A DNA stretch of 54,477 nucleotides from a virus (lineage: Duplodnaviria > Caudoviricetes): positions 1-54,477 of the IMG/VR virus record IMGVR_UViG_3300017956_000016; one strand, given 5' to 3'. The notes under the pieces were generated by a model. The model was not told the DNA's origin. It did not search any database and worked only from the letters and a program-made list of their open reading frames with translations. The stretch's first letter is position 1. Each line of letters begins with the position of its first letter. Below, piece by piece: positions 40,501-47,985 of the stretch. A program made the translations under genes and the position numbers.

Positions 40501-43500
40501 GAAAACTCACCATCTTTACCATTGTTGCTGATCAGCTCATAAGTGGGAGGAATGGTCGCTGTATATCCACTACCAGGGATATCAACGGTAACATCTTCAA
40601 TACCAGACACCACCTTAACTTTGAAAGTCTTGTTGGTGTTGGCGGTGATGGGCTCAGAGTTGACAATGATTTCATCGCCAGCAATCAGATCATGATTCTC
40701 AGATGTTGTGATAACACCGTAGGGTCTATCGTTGATGATCTCCTTACTATATGACGTGACTGCAACACCTTTAATCGAATCGATGATTGCCGATGCGCCA
40801 AAACCACCTGTGCCTTCGTTGTCAAAGAAAATAGTGTCATTGACCTGATAAGATTGACCAGGGTTTTCAATAACGAAACCATCAATCTGTGCAGTTTCAA
40901 ACTGAGTAACAGTTTCAATGTCAATATCGACTTTGGACTCTGCAGAAACTTTCGGGAAGTAATCATAAATTTGCAGGGTTGCTTCCTCGGTCATCTCCAG
41001 AAGCTCTTGTTGCTCTAGAGCATCGATGATGCCATCCTGATTGCTATCTTGAATCTCAAAGATGATGGGCCAACCTTCATTCTCTGTCGTCAGGACATCA
41101 GACTCTTGGTTTGGTTGACGCTCAACATCGATATCAACCTCAACAAAAGGCACACGATATCTAACAACGTCTGTGGGGATGTTTTCTTGAGTTGCACCTT
41201 GAGACAGGTTCCAGGAGTCTGGGAGTGAGTTGAATGCTCCACCCAAGATGTATGGAAACTGAGGAATACCTGCATCAGAAGAGTCGATGGTTACAAAGTA
41301 TGCATAGGTGCCATCGGGATACTCTGGTGTTTTGCAGAAACGACCATTATACTGATCGAGATCACCAGACTGGAAGACATACTCATAGTCGGGCACAAAG
41401 GATCCAGCAGGATAGTCCGAAAGCAAAGGACCATCTACCCTAGCGGGGTTTGTATTGGTCAGAGCGTCATAGACGATCTCATCTTTCAGTTTGTAAGATG
41501 TGCGAAGTCTTCTGATACCACTGTTTTGGTCAGTGGGATCGCCATAACCATAAGGTCCATAAATCGGGTTGCCGTCATATGCCCAACCCAAGATTGGAGA
41601 GTGCTTATAGTTTGTCTCTAATTCTTGGAATCTATTCGTTTCTGCATTGAGGAAGACGTTATCGCCAACCACATAACGCAATTCCTTGGGGTCGGAGAGG
41701 TGGGCATATTCACCACCATATTGGTTGTTGAGACCAGTAAAGACGTAACCTCTAGCAACGTCATACTTGGAATTCAACTCATATTCAAAGTTTTTATTCC
41801 ATTCAAACACCTGCGCTTCAAACGTTGCAAAATCGCCAACTGCTTCAAGTCTAACAGTGGTGTTACCTTGGGTATAGTTAATACCTCTGTTTACGATCTC
41901 AATACCAATTACTTTACCAGCGTCTTCACCAGTAGTTGCAATAGTCGCCTTAGCAATAGCACCAAATCCATCACCGTTGATAATGACTCTAGGAGCAGTG
42001 GTATAACGTCTACCAGAGTTAATAGTAGCAATAGACACGATACGGCCATTCAGGACGATCGGTTGTGCTAGAGCACCTTCACCAGAGGTCACAGTGACCT
42101 TAGGAAGCGATGTGTAACCACTACCAGCATTAGTCAAAGTGACAGACTGGATAGGACCACGAATGTTTGCAATAGCAGTAGCACCCGTGCCACCACCACC
42201 AGTAATGGTGATGCTAGGTTGGGAAGTGAATCCACTACCAGGAGATGCAACCAGAATTCTGGTGATAACACCATTAGTAACCACAGCGGTGCCAGATGCA
42301 CCTGTGCCACCTCCACCAACGATGGAGATTAGTGGAGAAGTTTCATAACCACTACCACCATTTGTGACCTCAAAAGAGGATACGCTACCGTTAACGGTAA
42401 CAGTTGCAGACGCGCCAGCTCCACCACCACCTTCGATCAAGACTACTGGGGGAGCACCAGCATCATAGTCTTGACCAGGATTTGTAACACTAATACCAGT
42501 AAGAGGACCAAAGAGAATTGCCTCAGCAGACTTATATGTCCAAATAGAGACACCATTCACCCATGCACCAATAGCGGTGTTGGGTTTGATCACTTCTCTT
42601 TCTGAAACGGTATTAACAACCCTGGGGATCCTAACCAGTTTTCTCTGGTTACCAGGGATAAGTGCCGATCCAGTAAAGGGTCCAATCTTGTAGTTTGGCA
42701 GACCAGATGCTGCCACATACACAAAATTATTGTTAAAGAAGGAGTTTTGAATATTAGTCGTAAACTCGGTAACGACTCTATTGATTGCAGGTTCTGTTGA
42801 CTTACCTCTGTTGAGGTCAACGGAAAGCAGAATATTGCCAACAGGAACAATGTCGCTAGGGGTGTCGATTCTATACGAGAAAGTATATTCATCGATACGA
42901 GAAGAAACTTGGAATGTGCCGTTGTAAATAACTGGGTTTGCACCATAGATTGTGACGGTATCTTCCACAAGCAGACCGTGGGGTTGCTCTGTGGTAACAG
43001 TTGCAATCTGAAGAAGACCACCAGGCTCGATGTTATCGACCTGAATCAGTTTCTTAACATTGTAGAACCAGGATTCCAGTCTTTGCTCACCAGGGGAGTC
43101 GGATCCCAAAGCAGCAACGTTGAGTTTGTCACCTGGCAGGTAGTAAGATCCAGTATCATCCAGAACAGTGCCTGCTGCTTCAGCAATACCAAGCACACGC
43201 ATCTTCACTTCATTGCTTGTGCCTTTATTGGCATAAATGAAGATATTGGACGAAATCAAAGACCCTGGATCCCAATCTTCGACAACACCATTTTTAGATC
43301 TGGTGCATTCGATAAATTGGTTGAGTGATTTTTCCTTATACTGAACTTCTTCAGTCTCAGAAATAAAGAATGTGCCATTTCTCTCTGGCCATCCAATAGT
43401 GGAGTCAACAGTGATAATCTGATCTGTTGTAGTCAGAGGCTCGACAAGACGAGTGTTGTATGGGATTTTGAATGTCCCAACAAGTGTTTCCTCAGAAATG

Positions 43501-45893
43501 ACCAATTCGTAAATTGTATCTTCACCTTTAATGATGGAGATTGCATTTTCAACGAGTGCCGAAGCATATTTGACATCCTGGTCAACTTCGTCGGCATATT
43601 GGACGATCTCAGACTCAATTAGGTTTACTGCAGACCCAGAAACGATCTGACATCTCAAAATCGTGTCAACAACCCAAGTTGCAGCAGATGGAGAGATGAT
43701 TTGATCCTTTGGATAAGAAATATCGACTTCTTCACCAAACAGGACCTTAAACAGGAATTTGGCGCCAAGAGCAGTGCCCTTTGCCAAATAGAAGTCACGA
43801 ATATTCTTAATGACTTCTGTTGGGTTGACCTTGGTCGGATCTAACTCAATAGTGGGGAGATATTGCTTTCTAAACTTCTCAAACAGTTGATAGATGAAAA
43901 TTGCATCTAGGTTGTGGACAACCGACCCCACTGGGTGAGTTGAAATACGAGTTTGAGATTCTTTTGCAAAGATTTGGTTACCATAGTCATCATATTCAAC
44001 TGTGGAAGAGACTCCACGCACAATGCCATTAAAGGATGAAGGCACATACTTTCTGCCACTCTCTTCAATGACAAAACCAGTAACTTCATCATATCCAACG
44101 TCAACTGATGCTTTGGCAGCACTGGGCTCAGCAATAAAGATTTTGGGAGGGAATTGCTCAGAATATCCTGTGCCAAAGTTGGTAATGTTGATGTCAGTTA
44201 TCTCACCATTGAAAATAGTAGCAACAGCAGTGGCTCCTCTGCCGCCAACGGCATTGCCATATGCATCTTTTCTATCATCAACAATGTAGACGGATGGAGC
44301 ATCTTCATAACCCCTACCTCCAGTAAGAAGCTCGATATCGGTAACTGCACCAGATGCAACAGTTACATCAAGCACCTGAGCGCCTACTGGATCGATGACA
44401 CGGCATCTAGGAGGTGTTGTATACCCACGACCTCGGTTGGTAACTGTAACAGTAGCAATGCCACCATTGGAATCCAGAGAGCACTCTGCCTGAGCGCTAA
44501 TGCCGTCAGCAGGAGCAGGATCGATGTAAATAGTTGGAGGATTGGAATAAAATACGCCAGGGGCAGTGATGCCAATGCTATCAACATTTACGCGACCTTC
44601 GGAGTCGATAGTGGCATCGGTAATTCTACCACCACCAGGATTCTGGAAGTTAATAACTGGAATGAAGTCATATCCCGATCCAGAGTCGGTGATATTGATG
44701 CTGGTGACCTGACCAGTCGCATCATCAATTTCTATAGAAACCTGAGCTTGTCTGCCATTAGGGTTTGTAGGTGCAGTTACGGTTGGGATCGGGGGATTGT
44801 ATGATGTATACCCCTGACCACCAGCAATAAGATTGATATTCTTAATACCACCAACCAAACTATTAGCACAGGCAAATTCTCCTGTTGTGTCGGTCTGGAT
44901 AGTTACCCTAGGAGCAAATTCCAGTCTATATCCATTACCACCTTGCTTAACAAGGACTTTAGTCAGTTGGTTGTTTTCAACATTACAAACAGCACTTGCG
45001 CCAGATCCAAAACTGGCAGGCACAAATTCAACTGCTCGCACATGCATGGTATCCGAGGATCCCAATGCATACTTCATGACAAGGTTGTCATAATAAACGT
45101 TATATTGCTCAAACGGACGCTGGAGTTGACCAGTGCGGTTAACAATCAGACCAACGTCAGAAATGGGAGTATATGCTTCCCCATTCACCCTCAGAGGATA
45201 ATACTTAGACTGATCCCACTCAGACAGAGGAATCTCGTCCATGGTGACAACAACTTTGTCAGCAAAACCAACCAGATAGACGATGCTAGTGAATCCTTCG
45301 TCATCGCCACCTACAGGGACCCTAGGGGGGTCTGTAAAGACGATATCGGTGGCATCGACGGTATAGTCATCCCCAGGACGTAATGTTTGACCATAGACGG
45401 TCACGATGAGGTGATCTGCTGATGCAGCGCTTACTGGAGTGCCAAGATAGGTAAGCGGGAATCTACGACGAGTGCCATCAAACCCAAAATAAGGGTTTTC
45501 TAGGAATTGCTTCTTTTTGTCAAATTCAAACGGAGCAATACCAGGGGTCAGAATAGAGTCAGGACCACGAGTAGTAGACTCATAGTACATGATCTCATTA
45601 TCGACCATCAGGGTGCCATTTGTTTCCTGATAACCGTTAATGTCTTCAACAACGACCTCTGTGGAGTTTAGATCCACAGACTGCAGCACCGTAGTGCTAC
45701 TGGTCAAATTATCTGAGGTATATGTGCTAACATCCAACCACTTCAACAAGTCGTTGAGGATGTTGTATGGTCTGCCGATTTTCTCCTGGGATTTGTAATA
45801 TTCCTGGAGGAACGCGATAAGTTGTCTATCTTCCGACTTGATAAAGTCAGGAAACTGCTGCTCTACCCTGTCGGAAATTCTTAGTGTAGACAT
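25515..45893 (-). CDS. gp7: Giant baseplate wedge initiator, gp7-like multidomain virion protein (6792 aa)
   Basis: Follows gp6. N-terminal QFPDFI..FLQEYYKSQE, IKNIRDFYLAKGT..KFLFKVLFGE and KIQDSFFYQNFSYVI.S..W...HPAGFKLFG are gp7-type motifs. Uninterrupted 20.4-kb ORF. Confidence 0.85.
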   Translation of the reverse strand: MSTLRISDRVEQQFPDFIKSEDRQLIAFLQEYYKSQEKIGRPYNILNDLLKWLDVSTYTSDNLTSSTTVLQSVDLNSTEVVVEDINGYQETNGTLMVDNEIMYYESTTRGPDSILTPGIAPFEFDKKKQFLENPYFGFDGTRRRFPLTYLGTPVSAASADHLIVTVYGQTLRPGDDYTVDATDIVFTDPPRVPVGGDDEGFTSIVYLVGFADKVVVTMDEIPLSEWDQSKYYPLRVNGEAYTPISDVGLIVNRTGQLQRPFEQYNVYYDNLVMKYALGSSDTMHVRAVEFVPASFGSGASAVCNVENNQLTKVLVKQGGNGYRLEFAPRVTIQTDTTGEFACANSLVGGIKNINLIAGGQGYTSYNPPIPTVTAPTNPNGRQAQVSIEIDDATGQVTSINITDSGSGYDFIPVINFQNPGGGRITDATIDSEGRVNVDSIGITAPGVFYSNPPTIYIDPAPADGISAQAECSLDSNGGIATVTVTNRGRGYTTPPRCRVIDPVGAQVLDVTVASGAVTDIELLTGGRGYEDAPSVYIVDDRKDAYGNAVGGRGATAVATIFNGEITDINITNFGTGYSEQFPPKIFIAEPSAAKASVDVGYDEVTGFVIEESGRKYVPSSFNGIVRGVSSTVEYDDYGNQIFAKESQTRISTHPVGSVVHNLDAIFIYQLFEKFRKQYLPTIELDPTKVNPTEVIKNIRDFYLAKGTALGAKFLFKVLFGEEVDISYPKDQIISPSAATWVVDTILRCQIVSGSAVNLIESEIVQYADEVDQDVKYASALVENAISIIKGEDTIYELVISEETLVGTFKIPYNTRLVEPLTTTDQIITVDSTIGWPERNGTFFISETEEVQYKEKSLNQFIECTRSKNGVVEDWDPGSLISSNIFIYANKGTSNEVKMRVLGIAEAAGTVLDDTGSYYLPGDKLNVAALGSDSPGEQRLESWFYNVKKLIQVDNIEPGGLLQIATVTTEQPHGLLVEDTVTIYGANPVIYNGTFQVSSRIDEYTFSYRIDTPSDIVPVGNILLSVDLNRGKSTEPAINRVVTEFTTNIQNSFFNNNFVYVAASGLPNYKIGPFTGSALIPGNQRKLVRIPRVVNTVSEREVIKPNTAIGAWVNGVSIWTYKSAEAILFGPLTGISVTNPGQDYDAGAPPVVLIEGGGGAGASATVTVNGSVSSFEVTNGGSGYETSPLISIVGGGGTGASGTAVVTNGVITRILVASPGSGFTSQPSITITGGGGTGATAIANIRGPIQSVTLTNAGSGYTSLPKVTVTSGEGALAQPIVLNGRIVSIATINSGRRYTTAPRVIINGDGFGAIAKATIATTGEDAGKVIGIEIVNRGINYTQGNTTVRLEAVGDFATFEAQVFEWNKNFEYELNSKYDVARGYVFTGLNNQYGGEYAHLSDPKELRYVVGDNVFLNAETNRFQELETNYKHSPILGWAYDGNPIYGPYGYGDPTDQNSGIRRLRTSYKLKDEIVYDALTNTNPARVDGPLLSDYPAGSFVPDYEYVFQSGDLDQYNGRFCKTPEYPDGTYAYFVTIDSSDAGIPQFPYILGGAFNSLPDSWNLSQGATQENIPTDVVRYRVPFVEVDIDVERQPNQESDVLTTENEGWPIIFEIQDSNQDGIIDALEQQELLEMTEEATLQIYDYFPKVSAESKVDIDIETVTQFETAQIDGFVIENPGQSYQVNDTIFFDNEGTGGFGASAIIDSIKGVAVTSYSKEIINDRPYGVITTSENHDLIAGDEIIVNSEPITANTNKTFKVKVVSGIEDVTVDIPGSGYTATIPPTYELISNNGKDGEFSINLRSDGVADSFNIINSGNGFDINDPPQIRVSHPQSFTKTRYWLSEYLNDGGTLQVHDSTITSKREYYVCGSLEETEDDDMLGILAKFDVNGDVLWVRTLLPNNAGVKRMEFVSLYVDDTEENDAIYVAGQTYDPNNAAFNPDIWFGKYISERDAQNAPTGTLQWQKSIAGISGPARRDFVSDIYLDQNKSIYLVGYTDTNALDAMDIWVIQSNNDGDIKEKRKIASSNGDERIDQIKWISDDRFFFTGVNFDTDNLIYGEFFFDGANIEVDYVKQIPPIGGGYVRNSKFEIDEYGDVFICWDVFNNANSKFERIQFGKFTLSDVNNANAWKFIKTMTPQGDYTSINATGFHVDIFGNVVITTTIDYAEDRKATTIHSLKFDGTLQYESIIETTDQVGSRNKTSVVDNSGDIIVINERLVPEQFAVFRFDDASDDDYDTTKRNIGTFSIAVPGDASIDEAIYKFGTGSLKFTAPNRLLYADIDSSALNWTVAGWFNMATAQYAAQNTTPIFFDITEIDSSTGCQVRINGINGDADQGKVELDINGTQVGVSAANTYYTEFGSSAWVHIAIVKENTAVGVWDFTVFVNGNPAITYQSLIDVNVGDIAVGGDSSQTSSLCFQGNIDDVVMSGKAEFTDANAFTLPTEQFEVTSVDSDIVMVKIDRQHSTSRGTYTLTEATNHVNLTISEFTAGTWTQVTTQPAVDQWDLGAGGLQLLDFSDAPSLYTTVQTYTWTNTKETLSSKSSTVPVKNGQKMFVTPNVIPKFYIKDAGYSKIDNIFEFTLNQDAKFTKGSILQQVNDSGVVQAYGTIVDVPTGTTTNPGLGTTYKIGKIFGTFDNGELLQSTEATDVNTMDGKFVGIEEEDLWVTATAYATGDRVYYGGRIYEAQAGGTSGVTPPTHTTGAVSDGSITWVFIRTAGQFTIDIQEEPYPLPQWLGSDMERWDEGVLYPVGYRVFWKRNVYEVAVAGTSGDTAPVHLTGDASDGGVTWTWISTEEALSDYARFLGFDAGANYQVKILDVQPASSYIPGDVVALSSANITIDDQGADKEKVLTISGFASVKKVELVCTLKKDIKRSSSALTDLIYATSLTPHNYVVNEVLYTEGFVADEFNGSFFVQEVFGSREFIFKIRDTATGAPTFDQGTIASVNIYAKHPTINFIRNHQYVFDVSDGTNFGYYLSFAQDNQYKLEYSFNNITRVGTPGVSGVSSQPYVKFSAIGNVTNISYYFDPSRVGADSPVGSNSFIDVIKTPFDGTFKISEVVSQTEFKFPLLVEPETTNAEVQDDENGNPYSYYSTTSVKAIGPINTIKLVSPGGFYQKLPVVSDIASFRQIERIEIIDGGTEYQPGVYYQVPIAGDGEGGLATITVTLDDETGSGAITSAQVSDPGKGYTTASIDVDGITGILGPTLAGSGAALSVIIPSEGSGASVFLTGKNIGKIKRLKNNEFGFGYSHDYTLRPEISFPVNLQLFNTSILTEIKITDPGAGYTSAPAVVISGGGGTGAEAVAVVKNNRLNEIQIKNPGSGYSSEPVVTLKSEFNYVINLDLNYLQFNFPHGITTAAEVQLRADDVGSTTGILPKPSSVGLTSLVEGQIYYAIADGLDSDQLRFALTPEAAAAGDYITFLTQGEGRQTLLTEVFGGRAEAVVATSRFLAGEKIYQGSSPELASATGYVSTNTGWQSGPKILKIVNYTGNFAVGEKINGEVSKASGIIDNLSIAKGVLNIDSLTSTPGRFTDDVGKPSEIIQKIQDSFFYQNFSYVISSEIPITKWKKQILDNNHPAGFKLFGQLQLTGGKDVSGRRVGTEFIKQVNINEYSNVNQITSFGAAEPVYTDYNNTEVLFRNKRLTSSEEILTSIVKKIDDISGRFDGIEKTFPITVEGEQVIVNSNQLVITLNGVIQAPQSAYSVVGGQIVFDEPPKAASQVKYRTIRVATVPVYRIQLTDPQGIFPTIGQQVTGDFSEAYATVVDSGTFHIDVINITDGPFEISELIKRTTLFSAIVESVTLLNTEGIYKFGESITNFEGDTALVETTNIDEDGNLTDELLVSKTSGTARFETGIFDLKLNEYIYSATSKIVAQIIYISPYLDPNNGQPVDTLIINQGSTFFGLIYERLVAIQNPNIILDDISQSSITPVSVTDSSARINEDFLDFEEVRSTEVEYENLTGGSFAKGDQLRNRSIFYGNVTTNASNRAYDAARLIRLNKDEIIDRAEREIAVVHPDFYYPGDIQTNTTSRYRDAYRLLIKNIDKIIHNAYDDLKTQYPATPSGDKDGYLSDLRLWVETVALDLHSGGNLYSLQWINEYFTDTNTVSYDRNTSELLYALGQAKAYCESAITNNYGGLWTAVNSSDQAVGYVDESITADVSPGDPYGTPGTNTDNNDPESCADVRAALTTIYTWQDEALTAGNLLDIPASTKPSFTPNQEKCRRDVGYFVDAIANDVASGGEFNSQFFAENYFDETGNYLLNGLYGEVPESLTALLKARDMMYYAMNNLLFVKDLAVLNDPASYGGTAPGYTYDANYSAGNNTSLTNCLDIQQTVRELTNIITTSLAAENTHNLTGAISYTSEGVGGPKIVGLYADPTTAGGNNGIDAADLLLKNKEFIAAEGLFVYKTANPGFSISTGNDNDCLDDIKDVIEAIAYDIRYGGNSRIYDAGTYSIAYDNSTATPTEVTNIYAEVATIAKECLKNSATAHTVSGLVGNTFSVAVPVVSLDPGDSFVYVGSGKVSTASATHNVMSATYDEVNGTLSITVDGTPAFSNGSSVILQHLHFTHAGGDYFYPRVAVTGVHGKKQFFDVSITPDQSLTPCNTETALVDSLLSIYTLSYTNGNMSHATRTAPTEVIITDGGYQSGEVIRVTKFAYKDAEGGNKIFFAGQTLRGITSNATTPIKGSNSGLKWIYGGNITGAFQNGELITNSSLESNNVSISNVIYNTNIQNNTSSYSFTSGGSPYIRQATRSYDFGFEDGSFTIEGYFRFNSLTGTITLVDNRLDVSDTSAGYLIVSNSGNTVSWMRNGTAVSETTSAGLVVDTWYHISVSKDSETSTTKLFIDGAEVSSDADNNNYGISQECHVGSNAGGGDNLDGYLDNFLVRKGYADRTAAFTSPTITDFTRTGVVLGLNAQQGAVVGTGDVIATLSGTNISSATLGAVDYENKRITIEEIDLGNEIYRDSADIISANAAWIAEEAVGIMQAHYPDFVIPGDSAAAGSYGGTNICIRDTRDYIIPAIVQDLKEGGNYNVIVNARFYRNKGGDLKFIGSELLQTLYSWREVIKLCKYVINTASADLSGTYTTKLRIPHTLSGTTQVETRLDTLGDYIADELAPTGHRFRNAGDLIWKNRDYIAEETVGYIENLYTISLGGQTVNTLNIPDRNACIRDMKDYIIPALIADLQTGGNYQTQAAIDFYLNSDNEILFITDELQPMLEAFEFAKDLCMKAANNLLLGPGETAASNGAAALYQDEYYSAIYTSRSAYRDTTVTLDPEQFDQTRNQSDRYVDAANMIERNKHIIAKEAVGMMNDLSKFADFQVPGGRQNCVDDVVDILGALVHDLRFGGNAEIFEAGQLYIREDGFLSHIEGEEEATKTVFKFAKEMAILTIRNGFGRFNIDGHNDNSYTYESYERNGASDNRIAAARSIERNIRFIAEEAVLRGQAQYPSLVIPGGSENCMHDVADILYWMSWNLQNGGDNMMVTSAEYYVSSGNLQHITSQANESIWIFNTARDIAKQIYQGGNPTVSAGNTYSVTAISSAVSDTDVDDAVDALIQVLTDTVADPAGLNAQTYPKTVGGGYSGDLPNIWPCKYSGDLPIRDLTVTWDYSVGSTNQADWNQACGQQATAIDTLFDILIQGVDAGIAGNGLTYYGTTVTKTDGTYTAPTEYNQGSCYDVRQAIATIFDMYQTAFGAGTNSSKVDARLIHFNREAIKQRAYDQTVTFYPSYAGDADFADQVIDSVIYDIITRGNNAAFDKLSSWFDGDGNFIVYQNITRTHLIYHLTRIREYVKSIIYSPTSAGWQPYITTPGIYIPPNRPEWDQESTEFDMDSSINPFEFALERSIFPTEAKTTFVPSTDVVNLSTTYDEGFDWNTDPQLVVLTPTVPVGYDRAEFRVRINRANFFRRGDVVQYIPSSGSLLDGINQVYYYVLNADASFFEIGEFSTHDARYQSFALDTSDTNQHLFQVVVRSGVERETTTYGNPPTDTPYQGGFITADILYGTSSDVYGEIAAQSFNTAVVKETFTYIRVNNLTDPIISVFTNNERVYKDGDNTSIGTILQVNYYESNTYAILKVINKTGAAWVTGDVLVGEDSATEGTIELQTDRMLINVDLGDYANGDVIFKKADNTEADIVSYVNKSGAIISNESGRVVMDVETIQNSWESNDIIYGSLTDYILDLQGIYQPNGVIEVNDTIHGVSVIELDIAATFVESGLAATFRPGDEVTLLQGTVQKNPGFTATVTKYQPYDATTNPITPHKLWIANLQPVGLGETAAALNISGNNIGKFDVGTNFPSIYATVSNVTQTDYAAYGKVAAVEQSGITARVWLEQVVGEFYNNMSIRGDDGWSAAVTTASTLEGRVDRYFRGFDGVQTDFSLSIENGQAYFPDPAGHLLVFVNGILQPPNAAYTAFSDQIQFTEPPEVGSEFIGYYVGKLRQLDDISFEFDSLKSSFNLKLDGIFYSLTLTEGVSSATILPENNILISLNGIIQEPGVSYEIVGSRIIFSEVPRAGSTFVGFSYIGSDADVISATVVPPIETGDELNIEGEEFAREVALIESSNSLITFEYTGSVKGRNAEALADITLGQVISANITNPGDGYTSKPNVEVISSTGFDARVTPMMGISRIEVKSPGASYGAPLIAVQNTVEDDFVSPVGEPVNNGQDVYAGEATDYQGNPIVVEDGLVAILSSPVNVTVNQGQNAAFTVVAEFRRASDGAINTTTLNYQWQKKEYGQTAWTNIIGANASTFPTGVTTQQDDGDEYRVAITAAGATPVYSNSAILSVQIGTTIIANFSPAQIFDDA
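28500..33950 (-). repeat. Array of about eight phycobiliprotein-like (globin-fold) domains within gp7, interrupted by a LamG-like domain
   Basis: Repeated DAxxLIxxNxxxIAxEAV...P(x)nPG...CxRD/CxxD...(I/V)xAxxxDLxxGGN pattern, aligned by eye to recalled Cpc/Apc subunit sequences. Confidence 0.7.
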
Positions 45894-45897
45894 ATTC

Positions 45898-47982
45898 TCA
45901 GAAGCACTCGTCTAGCTCGGGATACTGGAAGGTATCCGTGGGATATTCAATGATATTTATTGTCGATGTTCCACCGAAGTTGAAACCATTAAAGTTATTG
46001 GGATCAAACGTTGGAATAGTAATATCGTTGACTGTAAAGTCGATTGGGTTAACTTGAGGGTTTAGAATCGTTGGGTCTGTGCCAGCGGGGACCGTGAGAG
46101 ATCCACCAGCAGGATAAACCACAACAGGCACCCTATTTGTGTTATCAGGAGTCAAAGCGATATTCAGAGGACCGACGCAAACTGTGCCAGATGCGTAGTC
46201 AACTGTGCCGACATTGGTATTCAAAATTACTTCTTGCTCGTCCCTAACGGTAACGAGAATCATATTACCCAGACCGTCGTCTCTAAGATTCACAGGGACA
46301 AGAGTTTGGTTATTTTCTAGGCTACTAAATGCTGGAGTCTGAATAACGCCACCTGCAGTAGTTCCTGCTGCCACAAGATCTTCAGTGTATCCAGTAGCAT
46401 AGAATGTGCCAGATTTCACAACAGAGAAATTAGGAGCACATCCACCTCCCGTTCCGTTACCAGAAGTCGGGCTGCCAGAATAATTGTCTGGATTATACAG
46501 TGCGTTTCCAAAATCAAGACACTGGTTAAAGACTTGACCAAAATTGAATTCTGTCAGGTTTTGACCGAGAGTTACTTGAGATGTGCTACCAGAAATGGAA
46601 GGATCTGAATTGTCAATCACTGCTGCGAGTTTAGACGCTTCGATTCTTCCGTTGTATCTGTTGGCAGAATTCTGAGAATTGTAATCATCAATATTCTTAA
46701 GGATCTTAGTCCCAAGATCATTACCAGTCAGATTTGTCTTATTGCCGTTGTAGTAGACGTAGGTCTTCGGCAAGACATAGAAGACCTTGGGATCAATAAC
46801 TTCGATTCCAATAGATGCAATCGAATAATCTTTAAGTTGATTCCTAAGTCTTGCTTTTGTCGTTTCGTTTAGAGTCGATCCAGTTTGGGGTCTGACTGCA
46901 ATAAAAACTTTACCGTAGATAGGTGGATTGAGTCTCTCGCCACCATATGCAACAACGCTCTTAGATTGTGGGTAAAGTTGTCTAACGATGTTTTCATAGT
47001 CAGACTCCGTTACTGCTCTATTTTGAGTAGTGTAGAGTCTGGGGGCATTATATTTGATTGAAATTGGAGTTTCTCTTGGAGACCCGTCCTGAGCAGGAGT
47101 AACTGTCCTTGTGGAAATGGAGGATGCTGCAATAACTCTACCTTGTGAGTCTGTTGCTGTACCAATAAATTGGAAGTCTCTAGCACCGTTAGCGTCTTCG
47201 CCAGTGGTCCTAACATAATCAATCTTGACAAACTCACCATCAATCAATTTACGTCCGAGGACACCATCGCCAAAAATAAGACGATATCTGAGGTCATCTA
47301 CTTCCTCAAGGAAATAGACACGAGAATTGCTATCTAATGCAACGGCACTCGTTGCTTTGTTGTAGATATCAATTTCGCTGGACTGCACCGAGGGAGAGAT
47401 ATAGACAATCATTCTCTCTGTGTCCACATCTTCACTTGGGATAACATATTCCTTTGTCTTTGTGTTGTTGACAATAAAGGAATGGGTCAGAAGGTTTCCC
47501 TGATAGATGGCAAGACACTTGAATGTAGCAATACCCGTTGTTGGATCAACTGCTGCAGTTTGCTTTGTCATGAGTGTGAAGATAAAATCTTCAACCACCG
47601 TTTCAGCAATGAAGGAATCTCCCTTTCTGAGATTCACAAATTCTGGGTAGGTCAAACCGTTGGATCCAATTTCTGTTTGGACATCAACAGTCACCTCTGC
47701 CATTGCGGCTTTGATAGACCTAGGTGTATAATTAAGTTGCTTAGCAATCTTGACAATGTTATCTCTAACAGTTGCAGTTTCAAGGAATGCTTCATTCAGC
47801 GCCATGTTGGCATTGAATGCTGTGTAGTAAGTATTGTATGCTAGAATATCCAGCAAATAAGACGCAGCAGATCCCTCAAAATCGTAGTCGGTAAATTCAC
47901 TACGAGTCCTAAGGTATGATCTAATAGACTCTTTTATTTCAAAAAAGTCTAGTGACGTTACTTCTGATGGGATTGCCGACAT
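45898..47982 (-). CDS. gp6: Baseplate wedge subunit
   Basis: LDFFEIKESIRSYL..EFTDYDFEGS...LLDILAYNTYY.AFNANM..NE.FL.TA.VRDN, FGDGVLG, APRLY.TQNRAVT..DY and YGKVFIAVRP motifs. Confidence 0.96.
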   Translation of the reverse strand: MSAIPSEVTSLDFFEIKESIRSYLRTRSEFTDYDFEGSAASYLLDILAYNTYYTAFNANMALNEAFLETATVRDNIVKIAKQLNYTPRSIKAAMAEVTVDVQTEIGSNGLTYPEFVNLRKGDSFIAETVVEDFIFTLMTKQTAAVDPTTGIATFKCLAIYQGNLLTHSFIVNNTKTKEYVIPSEDVDTERMIVYISPSVQSSEIDIYNKATSAVALDSNSRVYFLEEVDDLRYRLIFGDGVLGRKLIDGEFVKIDYVRTTGEDANGARDFQFIGTATDSQGRVIAASSISTRTVTPAQDGSPRETPISIKYNAPRLYTTQNRAVTESDYENIVRQLYPQSKSVVAYGGERLNPPIYGKVFIAVRPQTGSTLNETTKARLRNQLKDYSIASIGIEVIDPKVFYVLPKTYVYYNGNKTNLTGNDLGTKILKNIDDYNSQNSANRYNGRIEASKLAAVIDNSDPSISGSTSQVTLGQNLTEFNFGQVFNQCLDFGNALYNPDNYSGSPTSGNGTGGGCAPNFSVVKSGTFYATGYTEDLVAAGTTAGGVIQTPAFSSLENNQTLVPVNLRDDGLGNMILVTVRDEQEVILNTNVGTVDYASGTVCVGPLNIALTPDNTNRVPVVVYPAGGSLTVPAGTDPTILNPQVNPIDFTVNDITIPTFDPNNFNGFNFGGTSTINIIEYPTDTFQYPELDECF

Positions 47983-47985
47983 GAC

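Noticed and set aside
25515-45893. Intein, intron or homing endonuclease as the cause of gp7's size
   Set aside because: I saw no intein splice motifs or LAGLIDADG/HNH blocks. The length is accounted for by repeated structural domains.
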